From assembly GCA_963682005.1 (NCBI GenBank), contig OY820914.1, forward strand, positions 4,644,979 to 4,708,978: a stretch of DNA of 64,000 bases. Direction: 5' to 3'. This DNA comes from Bacteroidales bacterium (GTDB lineage: Bacteria; Bacteroidota; Bacteroidia; Bacteroidales; FEN-979). Shown piece by piece: positions 20,293-28,189 of the stretch. The stretch's first letter is position 1. Each line of letters starts with the position of its first letter. Below the pieces are notes generated by a model. That model worked only from the letters and a program-made list of their open reading frames with translations, did no database searches and was not told the origin of the DNA. The translations under genes and the position numbers were made by a program.

Positions 20293-22224
20293 ATAGTCGG
20301 GTCACGCAAGGGAGTTTCACCCCTGCGTTCCCACGGAACCGTACGTGAAAGTCTCCCTTCATACGGCTCTTCCTGTTCGATCACATAAATATAAGAACTT
20401 TATGGATATACCAATTCCCAGTGGGGAAAAAGACGGGGACATTCCCGGTACTTATTCCGAAGCCACCTAAGGGCTGCTTTATTATCCAACCCTTTTTCCC
20501 ATTTAACCCATTTAAGCAGGCGCTTATTTAATTGAGACCATAGATAACGTGTATGTCCCGAATGGAACTTGCAGAAGTAGTTCATGATCCCCCGTATTAT
20601 TGGATTCAGTTTCTCCGCTAAAGCCTCAATCGGTTTTCTCCATTTGTGGATATTTAGCTTTCTGAATTTATCCAATGCACTGGTGACGGCCTTTTTACTT
20701 ATAAATGTGGTGATCATTACCCGGTAACCTTTACCGGTTTTACACCACCAGGGATGCAATGAGAATCCAAGAAAATCAAGACTTCGGGGATATGTGTTCC
20801 GGGTAATACCGGCCAGGTTAACTATTCTGGTCTTTTGAGGATTGACACTCAGTTTGCAATCAGAAAGACGTTTCTGTATTAAGGCTAATATATACCGCGT
20901 CTGTTTCTCCGTTTTGCAATGAATCACGATGTCGTCAGCATACCTGACGAATGGTTTTTCAGGATGATATTTCCCCATCCATTTGTCAAATACAACGTGC
21001 AGGAAGATATTTGCCAGTAAAGGGCTGATTACGCCACCTTGCGGTGTGCCGGTTACCCTGTCAACGCAATTCCCATCAGTTTGCATGGTTCCTGCTTTTA
21101 GCCAACGTTCGACGTACAACAGCACCCATTGGTCCTTGCAATAGTTCCTGACTGCCTTCATCAAAAGATCATGATCAATTTTGTCAAAGAAACTTTTGAT
21201 GTCCAGGTCGATTGCCCAATCATGTCCAAACGTGTTACGTTGCGCTTTTTCCACTGCCTGATGGCAATTTCTCCCCGGTCTGTAACCGTAGGAGTTATCG
21301 CTGAACAATGGTTCTACGATTCGCTCCAAATGCGTTTTTACAACTTGTTGTGCAATACGATCCAGAATGGTAGGAATACCAAGTTTTCGTACCCCTCCGT
21401 CTTTCTTGTCGATTTCAGTTTCTTTTACAGGGTTAGGAAAGTAGCTTCCCGATGTCAGCCTGTTCCATAGTTTGTCAAGATTTGGGGTCAGGTTGTTATC
21501 CAGTTCATCCCAATTCATGCCATCTATGCCCGGGCCTCCTTTGTTGGCTCTGACTTTCCTATATGCCTGTAAAACCATTACTCTGGTGATCGGCTGTGAT
21601 TTTGTTTCGTAATAATCAATCATCCCATTGCTGGTTGTCGTTTATTTTTGAAACTGAACAGGCTAAGCCCTTCGCTCCACCTCCATTACAGAGGCTTTAT
21701 CACTACTATGACTTAGTCCGCCGCTGTTACCTCGTGCTATCCATGCACGTCTGCCTCCTTCTTCAGTTAACAGAGCGATAACAACTTCCCTTGTTCCGTA
21801 TAAAAGCCTGTATTGCCTTCCTGCCAGCTTTACCCCGGATGCCGTGTAACCCGAAATCAGGGCACCTGTTACACTTTGTCCCGAATATCAACGTACTACC
21901 CGGTTTTGACATCGTTTCTTGCCGGTTACGAGGCTTCAGCCACTGGTTTAATCTATTCAGCTCGACAACACCCACCTGCAAGAGTCTTGGCTCTCGCTTT
22001 TCCTTATCGTTCACCACACTGAGAGTTTCCGCTCAATGCAGCATAAGGTGGTTTGTAAACTACTCCTGACAGTCGTTTACAGAAGTCCATTTCTCATTTT
22101 CTGTTGGTAATGCCGGCCAGTCGCTTCGCTTGACCTCCGCTCACTTACACAATTTTCAAAGAGCCTTCCATCTTTTATACAACATTCAATTCCGTTTTCA
22201 TAGGAATTGATTCAAGGCACACAC
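20293..22224 (-). mobile_element. Intact group II intron (about 1.9 kb) with endonuclease-less RT/maturase; bacterial class C-like by size and intergenic location
   Basis: Canonical domain V GAGCCGUAUGAAGGGAGACUUUCACGUACGGUUC lies at about 20336-20370. Domain VI has a bulged A (..CCCUUGCGUGACCCGAC) at about 20296-20334. A candidate 5' GUGUG lies at 22224/22222. There is about 600 nt of structured RNA upstream of the ORF. Both boundaries are approximate. Confidence 0.85.
20400..21623 (-). CDS. Group II intron-encoded reverse transcriptase/maturase (no En domain)
   Basis: 407 aa. RT blocks GIDGM, RKLGIPTILDRIAQ, YGYRPGRNCHQA, PQGGVISPLLANI and the YADD box (VRYADDIVIHC). Maturase X region LNPIIRGIMNYF. 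Confidence 0.93.
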   Translation of the reverse strand: MIDYYETKSQPITRVMVLQAYRKVRANKGGPGIDGMNWDELDNNLTPNLDKLWNRLTSGSYFPNPVKETEIDKKDGGVRKLGIPTILDRIAQQVVKTHLERIVEPLFSDNSYGYRPGRNCHQAVEKAQRNTFGHDWAIDLDIKSFFDKIDHDLLMKAVRNYCKDQWVLLYVERWLKAGTMQTDGNCVDRVTGTPQGGVISPLLANIFLHVVFDKWMGKYHPEKPFVRYADDIVIHCKTEKQTRYILALIQKRLSDCKLSVNPQKTRIVNLAGITRNTYPRSLDFLGFSLHPWWCKTGKGYRVMITTFISKKAVTSALDKFRKLNIHKWRKPIEALAEKLNPIIRGIMNYFCKFHSGHTRYLWSQLNKRLLKWVKWEKGLDNKAALRWLRNKYRECPRLFPHWELVYP

Positions 22225-22315
22225 GCCCTGCGCGCAACGCCAGTGCCGTTTCTAAACTATCTAAGAACCTGAATCCCTTTCAGCATTGGCATTGAGCGCT
22301 CATTGGGGCAGAGTA

Positions 22316-24436
22316 TCATTTTTTTATAATTTTACCTACTTCAACGGTATTTTCATTTTTGAATCTTAAAAAATAAATGCCAGTTGGCAGATCGCTGATA
22401 TCAATTTGTGTTCTGTGATCCGTAATCTGTCGATCTATTAATTCCTGACCATTAAGATTGAATACTGAAAGCCTGGGATTTCCTTCTATTGCTGATACTT
22501 CAAAGGTAAATTTACCAGTTACGGGGTTTGGATAACATCTTAGAAGGTTGGAAGCAAGGGAGCTTTCGGGTAATCCGACAGGGCCACCTCCATCTGTGGT
22601 TTTCAGGATTGTGCCATACTCACCGGCAACATACCCAGTATTAACACCGGTAAAGAATACAGACGACAGATCCATCCAGGTATAAGAGGATAGGATTTCC
22701 CAGCTTTCGCCACCATCCACGGTTTTAATAATTGCCCCAAATTGTCCAACTGCGTAACCAATATTCGGTTCAGGGAAAGTAATATCGTAAATGGTATATG
22801 GCGTTCCTGATGATTGACTGGTCCATGTAGCCCAACCATCAGTGGTTTTCAGGATCACCCCTTCGGAATTAAGCCCCTGGCCGACTGCGAAGCACGTGTT
22901 CTGATCAACACAATACAGTCCGAAGAGATTATTTGGGACATAGACCGGTGTCCAGGTCGTTCCTCCGTCATTTGTTTTTATGATAACCTGAGACCCTGCA
23001 ATGTATCCTGTATTCACATCCGTGAAAAAGACGGAATTAAACCCATAAGACCATAACGTATAATTTTCGGTCCAGGTCAGTCCTCCATCGGTTGTCTTAA
23101 GTACCAGGCCCCAGAAATTATCTTCATCAAATCCAACAGCATAACCGGTATTGGGTTCAGTAAAATGAAGAGCGTAAAGTTGTGCCCTGGGCCGGGTATA
23201 AAGTTTTTGCCAGTTGAGGCCTTCATCGATTGTTCTTAGAATGATACAGGTATCCTGAAAGGATACTGTTGATTCATTTCCCAAAACATATCCTGTTGAA
23301 GAGGTCACAAAGTCAAGAGAGCGTAATCCGTACGTTGACCCTGTTTCAATGATATTCCACGATTCGCCTGCGTCCGTTGTTTTCAGGATAGACCCGCCTG
23401 CAGCATAGCCGGTGGAATCATTGGTAAACCGGATCGAACTGATATACCCTCCGTAACCGGATGTCAGACTGTTCCAGGTAGTTCCCCCGTCAGTTGTTTT
23501 CATGACCAGTCCAGACCCGCCAGCAATAAATCCTATTGAAGCATTAATGAATGAAAGACTTTGAAATGATGCGGATGTACCAGAAGGAGTATAGATCCAG
23601 TTATTTCCGCCGTCAGTCGTGGAATAGACCTTTCCATAATTACCAGCGGCAAAACCTGTATCGGCATTGAGAAACTGAACTGAACAAAACCATGAAGAAG
23701 AGGTTCCGGATGACTGTGTATTCCAGGTTGCACCCCCGTCTGTTGATTTCAAAATGATATAATATCCAACCGCATACCCCGTATCTGCCACAGGGAAATA
23801 AACAGACAATAGACCAGGGAAGGCATCGAGAGATTGAATAATCCAGTTAGCACCGCCATTGACCGTTTTCAGAATGATTCCATTATTATTTGAGACATTA
23901 TAGCCTACAACCCACCCGATGCTGCTGTCTTTGAAGAAAACGGAAGTTAGTGTATAATTCGTCCCTGAAGATTGGCTCTGCCATGTGACTCCGCCATCAC
24001 TGGTTTTAATGAGTAATCCATTATCACCGGCAATATATCCTGTTTGCGGATCTGTAAAGAAAACGGAATTCAGGAAATGATTCATGCCATAAACCTGGGA
24101 ACTCCAGGTTGTACCTCCGTTTTCAGTTTTGAGGATAACTCCGGAATTTGAATTCCATACATCTGTACCTACAACATAGCCTGTATTCTGATCTAAAAAG
24201 CATGCTGATGACAGGTTGGCTTTTGTACCGGTATTCTGGCTGATCCAGGTACTACCTCCGTCTGTCGTTTTCATGATTGACCCGGCTGATCCTGTTAAAT
24301 AGCCTGTGTTTTCATTTACAAAACAAACGTAAGACAGGTCATTCGCATTTGGTTCTGGATTTAACCACTGCCAACCTTGCGAATAACAGACATTCAGCAT
24401 GAAAACTCCAATCAAAACGAAATACAGGTTTTTCAT
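22316..24436 (-). CDS. Large secreted BNR/Ycf48-like multi-blade beta-propeller protein with T9SS C-terminal sorting domain
   Basis: 706 aa. Signal peptide, then about 15 copies of the TTDGGxTW / TxNGGxxW blades (probably two propellers). Por tail CYPNPVTGKFTFEV...GIYFLRFKNENTVEVGKIIKK. Confidence 0.75.
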   Translation of the reverse strand: MKNLYFVLIGVFMLNVCYSQGWQWLNPEPNANDLSYVCFVNENTGYLTGSAGSIMKTTDGGSTWISQNTGTKANLSSACFLDQNTGYVVGTDVWNSNSGVILKTENGGTTWSSQVYGMNHFLNSVFFTDPQTGYIAGDNGLLIKTSDGGVTWQSQSSGTNYTLTSVFFKDSSIGWVVGYNVSNNNGIILKTVNGGANWIIQSLDAFPGLLSVYFPVADTGYAVGYYIILKSTDGGATWNTQSSGTSSSWFCSVQFLNADTGFAAGNYGKVYSTTDGGNNWIYTPSGTSASFQSLSFINASIGFIAGGSGLVMKTTDGGTTWNSLTSGYGGYISSIRFTNDSTGYAAGGSILKTTDAGESWNIIETGSTYGLRSLDFVTSSTGYVLGNESTVSFQDTCIILRTIDEGLNWQKLYTRPRAQLYALHFTEPNTGYAVGFDEDNFWGLVLKTTDGGLTWTENYTLWSYGFNSVFFTDVNTGYIAGSQVIIKTNDGGTTWTPVYVPNNLFGLYCVDQNTCFAVGQGLNSEGVILKTTDGWATWTSQSSGTPYTIYDITFPEPNIGYAVGQFGAIIKTVDGGESWEILSSYTWMDLSSVFFTGVNTGYVAGEYGTILKTTDGGGPVGLPESSLASNLLRCYPNPVTGKFTFEVSAIEGNPRLSVFNLNGQELIDRQITDHRTQIDISDLPTGIYFLRFKNENTVEVGKIIKK

Positions 24437-24503
24437 TTTGCCTCCTTTTTAAAAATGGTTTTATTTTTAATGCCTTGCTCCCACGTTTCGCCGCCAATAA
24501 TCT

Positions 24504-25019
24504 CTAGTTTTCAATTAATTCCAAATCATCAATCCAGGCTCCCCGTGTTGTTCCAATTAAAAATGCAATTTTCACAGAAGCAGAAGATTTAGATTCAAAT
24601 GAAAATGCTTTTTGTGTCCAGGAAGGATAATTACCAAAGGATTGAGAGATTACATTTTCATTTCCCTGGACTACCCAAACAATGAAATCACCAGCACAAA
24701 GCATGGGATCTCCATAGATTGATTCGTTTACTTTTCCTCTTAAATGCAATTCATAGGATTTTCCTGATTCTACAGGAATTAAATTCACAGTCTCAAAATG
24801 AAAGCAATTCGTAATATTTATGAATTTTACAGCTGAAGAATCGATTATTGCCTGTCCACCGGAAGATTGAGACCAGGCACTAAGTTCATTTTGCGTATTA
24901 AATTTTGAGCTAAAAATGATATTATCCGAGTTACTTGAATTGTCATTGGAATCCTTTTTACATGAGGATACGAAAGCAATAATGCCAAGCAGTGTGAATA
25001 AGAATTTTGAGGCTTTCAT
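24504..25019 (-). CDS. Small lipoprotein, possibly with a carbohydrate-binding-like beta-sandwich
   Basis: Lipobox-like FVSSC after the signal peptide. 171 aa. Function not recognised. Confidence 0.45.
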   Translation of the reverse strand: MKASKFLFTLLGIIAFVSSCKKDSNDNSSNSDNIIFSSKFNTQNELSAWSQSSGGQAIIDSSAVKFINITNCFHFETVNLIPVESGKSYELHLRGKVNESIYGDPMLCAGDFIVWVVQGNENVISQSFGNYPSWTQKAFSFESKSSASVKIAFLIGTTRGAWIDDLELIEN

Positions 25020-25434
25020 TTTGGAGTTTTAAATCATTAATGGCTTAACGATTATTAAACAGGTGCGATTACAATCTCAATAATACGATTTTGCATTATT
25101 ATGGAAAGTAGAACATCAAACGTATTGCAATTAGCATTACTCCCATAATTTTTTCCTAAGTAAAAATAATACAAATTAATACAAGTAATATATGTGGGGG
25201 TAATATTTTTGGCTGGTGAGGTGGTGAATAAAATGAAAAATTAAAAATTAAAAATTAATTTCTATCAGCCAGGATCCGTTGGCGTTGCAGATTCCTGCTT
25301 TCGCAGGAAAGACGGCCCGGTCTTAATAATTGAAGGGGATTGAACACCGGATATAACGAATTACAAAAAACTGTCAGGGTAAATCTTCACAGAAAAAGTA
25401 AGTTTTTCATGCGTTCCCGGTACTTTTTAACTGG

Positions 25435-25583
25435 TTGACGATATCTTCCCAAATAGTTGACGATATCTTCCCAAATAGTTGACGATATCTTCCCAAATAG
25501 TTGACGATATCTTCCCAAATAGTTGACGATATCTTTTCAAAAGTTGACTATATCTTTTACAAAGTTGACGATACTTTTCGGGG
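25435..25583. repeat. Iteron-like direct tandem repeat, 22-bp unit TTGACGATATCTTCCCAAATAG (4 perfect plus 3 degenerate 21-bp copies)
   Basis: Read directly. Copies lie at 25435, 25457, 25479, 25501, 25523, 25544 and 25565. There are no spacers between copies. Confidence 0.95.
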
Positions 25584-25590
25584 ATGGAAT

Positions 25591-25618
25591 CGGAGGTCGG
25601 AGGTCGGAGGTCGGATGA
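25591..25618. repeat. Tandem 7-bp repeat CGGAGGT x3-4 (complement of the CTCCGAC/CTCTGAC family)
   Basis: Read directly. Confidence 0.85.
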
Positions 25619-25711
25619 CCGATGATAGATGATAGAAGATGGATAATAGATATTTTAGATTTTAGGTTTTAGATTCTATATACTTACCGGCAGTCTAATG
25701 CCTTCATGTTT

Positions 25712-25774
25712 CCTATTGCCTATTGCCTGGTGCCTGGTGCCTGGTGCCTGGTGCCTGGTGCCTGGTGCCTGGTG
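25712..25774. repeat. Tandem 7-bp repeat: CCTATTG x2 then CCTGGTG x7
   Basis: Read directly. The last unit ends 1 nt before the pfkA stop codon (25776-25778). Confidence 0.95.
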
Positions 25775-25775
25775 C

Positions 25776-26756
25776 CTATAATGCCAGAATCCGCGACACC
25801 TCAATCATCTCCAGGTTCAGGTCTTTGACGTTCTTGATCGCTTTATCAAAGGGGGTATAGACAACAGATTTATCGACCAGGCCAATCATAATCCCCTTTT
25901 CTCCGGCAAGCAATGCTTCCACAGCTTTATAACCCAGCATACTTGCCAGAACACGGTCGATGACTGTCGGGGAACCTCCCCGCTGGATATGTCCGAGAAC
26001 TGTGACGCGTGTATCCAGGCCGGGAATCCTTTCCCTGACTTTCCGGGCGATCTCCTCGGCGCCACCTTCATCATCACCTTCGGCCACGATCACGATGCCG
26101 GAGGTTTTATTCTTTCGCAGATCATGGTTCAGAAGCCTCGACAGGTTATCAATGTACGTTTTCGTCTCCGGCACCAGGATGAACTCGGCCCCGCAGGCAA
26201 TACCGGCACGCTGCGCGATGAATCCCGCATCTCGTCCCATCACCTCCAGGAAGAACAGCCGGTCATGCGAGGTGGCCGTGTCGCGGATCTTGTCAGCCGC
26301 ATCAATGACCGTATTGACAGCCGTATCAAAACCAATTGTATAATCCGTCCCGTAGAGGTCGTTATCGATGGTTCCCGGCAATCCGACCACAGGAATATTG
26401 AATTCCTTTATAAATATGTCGGCCCCCGTAAAGGTGCCGTTCCCGCCGATGGCCACCAGTGCATCGATGTTGAACTTTTTCAGGTTCTCATACGCCTTAA
26501 GCCTCCCTTCATACGACATGAAGTCCTTGCTCCGTGCAGTCTTCAGGATCGTTCCTCCGCGCTGGATGATATTCGATACCGAATGACTGTACATCCGCTC
26601 GAACTGTCCTTCGATCATCCCCTGGTATCCCCGACAGATCCCGAATACTTCAAGGTTTTCATAGATCGCTGTCCGAACCACCGCCCTGATCGCTGCATTC
26701 ATTCCGGGAGAATCCCCGCCCGAGGTCAGCACCCCGATCTTGTTTAATTTTGGCAT
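25776..26756 (-). CDS. pfkA: ATP-dependent 6-phosphofructokinase
   Basis: Start set at ATG 26756 (MPKLNKIGVLTSGGDSPGMNAAIRAVVR). Motifs GGDGS-like IGGNGTF, PGTIDND and MGR. The ORF-track extension to 26909 only translates tandem repeats. Confidence 0.93.
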   Translation of the reverse strand: MPKLNKIGVLTSGGDSPGMNAAIRAVVRTAIYENLEVFGICRGYQGMIEGQFERMYSHSVSNIIQRGGTILKTARSKDFMSYEGRLKAYENLKKFNIDALVAIGGNGTFTGADIFIKEFNIPVVGLPGTIDNDLYGTDYTIGFDTAVNTVIDAADKIRDTATSHDRLFFLEVMGRDAGFIAQRAGIACGAEFILVPETKTYIDNLSRLLNHDLRKNKTSGIVIVAEGDDEGGAEEIARKVRERIPGLDTRVTVLGHIQRGGSPTVIDRVLASMLGYKAVEALLAGEKGIMIGLVDKSVVYTPFDKAIKNVKDLNLEMIEVSRILAL

Positions 26757-26798
26757 AGTATTGTAGTTAAATCCGGAGGTAAAAATAGTAAAAAGTGA

Positions 26799-26882
26799 AG
26801 AGTGAAAAACGTAGAGTGAAAAATGTAGAGTGAAAAGTGTAGAGTGTAAAACGTATAGTGTAAAATGTAGAGTGTAAAGCGA
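26799..26882. repeat. Tandem 14-bp repeat AGAGTGAAAAAYGT, 6 units
   Basis: Read directly. It lies in the leader/promoter region upstream of pfkA. Confidence 0.9.
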
Positions 26883-26894
26883 ATAGTTATGTGA

Positions 26895-26925
26895 CTTTTC
26901 ACTTTTCACTCTTCACTTTTCACTT
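26895..26925. repeat. Tandem 7-bp repeat CTTTTCA x4, the inverse complement of the TGAAAAG core of the neighbouring 14-mer array
   Basis: Read directly. 26903-26919 is the perfect reverse complement of 26792-26808 (17 bp). Confidence 0.9.
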
Positions 26926-28066
26926 AATACAGGGAAAACCTCACCATCCTGCACTCCAGCGGCCCGTTGAAAAGCGTGATCTTCTTCGATGGGTGCAACC
27001 CGATAAACTTCAGCGCCCTCAGGTCGGAGGAGATGACCCATGCATCATAACCGGTATACTTTTTCTTCAGGACGTCCCCGATCATTTTATAAAAATCAAT
27101 GATGTTATCAAGCTGCATCCGCTCATCATACGGCGGGTTGGTGATGATGATCCCCTTTTCGCTGAGAGGTACCGAGGTTTCAAAAGAGCAAACTTCCAGC
27201 CTGATCATATCCTGCAGTTTTACATGCCTTATGTTTTCCTCTGCAGCACGGATCACTCTCGGCGCAATGTCAGATCCTTTGATCTCGGCCATTTCACCGG
27301 TTATTTTCGCGTTTTCCTTTTCCTTCAATGAATTCCAAAGTCCGAGGTCGGCATCTTTCCATTTCGTAAAGCCAAATTCATCTCTGAAATACCCGGCAGG
27401 AATGTTTCGTGCCAGCATTGCGGCTTCGATGAGGATGGTCCCTGAACCGCACATCGGGTCGATGAAGGGTGATTTATGATCCCACCCACTCAGCAGGATC
27501 ATGCCGGCCGCCAGGACTTCATTCAGGGGAGCCATGCCTGTTGCTTTCCTGTATCCCCGTTTATGAAGGGAGGATCCGGAACTATCCAGTGAAACGGAAC
27601 AGGTTTCCTTGTTGATATGAATATTAATCCTGAGGTCCGGGTGATCGAGATCAATGGAAGGCCTCGCTCCCCATAACTTCCGGAGCCGGTCAACAATGGC
27701 ATCCTTGGTTTTCAGCGATACAAACTGGGAATTGGTAAAGACCGAATCATGGATCATTGAATCCACGGCAAAGGTACTTGCCTGTTCAAGGTATTCCTCC
27801 CATGGGATCCGGCTTATATTCTTATACAGATCCTCCTGTTCCCGCAACTCAAAAACCTCCAGGGGCTTCAGTATCCTGAGTGCCGTCCGGCAGCAATAAT
27901 TGGCGAGGTACATGACCTCCGTATCCCCTTCAAAGCTGACAGCCCGTTTCAGAACTTTCACGTTTCCGGCACCAAGTGATACCAGTTCCCCGGCAAGTAT
28001 TTCTTCCAATCCGGAAACTGTCTTCGCAACAAGCGGAAACACAGATGATTTCTTTTTCAATGGCAT
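26924..28066 (-). CDS. THUMP-domain class I SAM-dependent RNA methyltransferase (RlmL/UPF0020-like)
   Basis: 380 aa. N-terminal THUMP-like region, then FIDPMCGSGTILIEAA (motif I) and the IITNPPYDERM catalytic NPPY motif. Confidence 0.85.
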   Translation of the reverse strand: MPLKKKSSVFPLVAKTVSGLEEILAGELVSLGAGNVKVLKRAVSFEGDTEVMYLANYCCRTALRILKPLEVFELREQEDLYKNISRIPWEEYLEQASTFAVDSMIHDSVFTNSQFVSLKTKDAIVDRLRKLWGARPSIDLDHPDLRINIHINKETCSVSLDSSGSSLHKRGYRKATGMAPLNEVLAAGMILLSGWDHKSPFIDPMCGSGTILIEAAMLARNIPAGYFRDEFGFTKWKDADLGLWNSLKEKENAKITGEMAEIKGSDIAPRVIRAAEENIRHVKLQDMIRLEVCSFETSVPLSEKGIIITNPPYDERMQLDNIIDFYKMIGDVLKKKYTGYDAWVISSDLRALKFIGLHPSKKITLFNGPLECRMVRFSLY

Positions 28067-28131
28067 CCTGATTTGTGAATCGGGAAGTTACAAATATTTT
28101 CAGTGTGTGAATAGGAGATAAAAATGATTAT

Positions 28132-28139
28132 TATCTTTG
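28132..28139 (+). promoter_or_regulatory. Candidate Bacteroidota -7 promoter box (TAnnTTTG)
   Basis: TATCTTTG lies 51 nt upstream of the ATG at 28190. This is a motif match only. Confidence 0.3.
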
Positions 28140-28189
28140 AAGCCTGTAATTGATCTTCTCCATAAAAAAATAATAACTTTCCGGATCCG

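Noticed and set aside
20267-20362. N-terminal extension of ORF 19328..20362 (MKGDFHVRFRGNAGVKLPCVTRL...)
   Set aside because: These codons are intron domains V and VI read in frame. A normal signal peptide starts at the ATG at 20266.
20400-21623. The reverse transcriptase considered as a retron, DGR or Abi-type defence RT
   Set aside because: The ORF is followed by canonical intron domains V and VI, is preceded by about 600 nt of structured RNA, and carries a maturase X domain. This is the group II intron architecture.
21624-22224. ORFs 21763..22017 (-), 21791..22069 (+) and 21813..22022 (+)
   Set aside because: They lie within the ribozyme domains I-III of the group II intron, and their products have no protein-like features.
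25435-25583. The 22-bp direct repeats considered as a possible CRISPR array
   Set aside because: The copies are strictly head-to-tail with no spacers, the unit is shorter than typical CRISPR repeats, and no cas genes are nearby.
25989-26747. 252-aa plus-strand ORF antisense to pfkA
   Set aside because: It is embedded opposite a highly conserved gene, and its product has no recognisable motif and an unusual composition.
26757-26909. N-terminal extension of the pfkA ORF (MKSEKSHNYSLYTLHFTLYV...)
   Set aside because: It is a translation of the 14-bp and 7-bp tandem arrays. The conserved PFK N-terminus MPKLNKIGVLTSGGD begins at the internal ATG at 26756.
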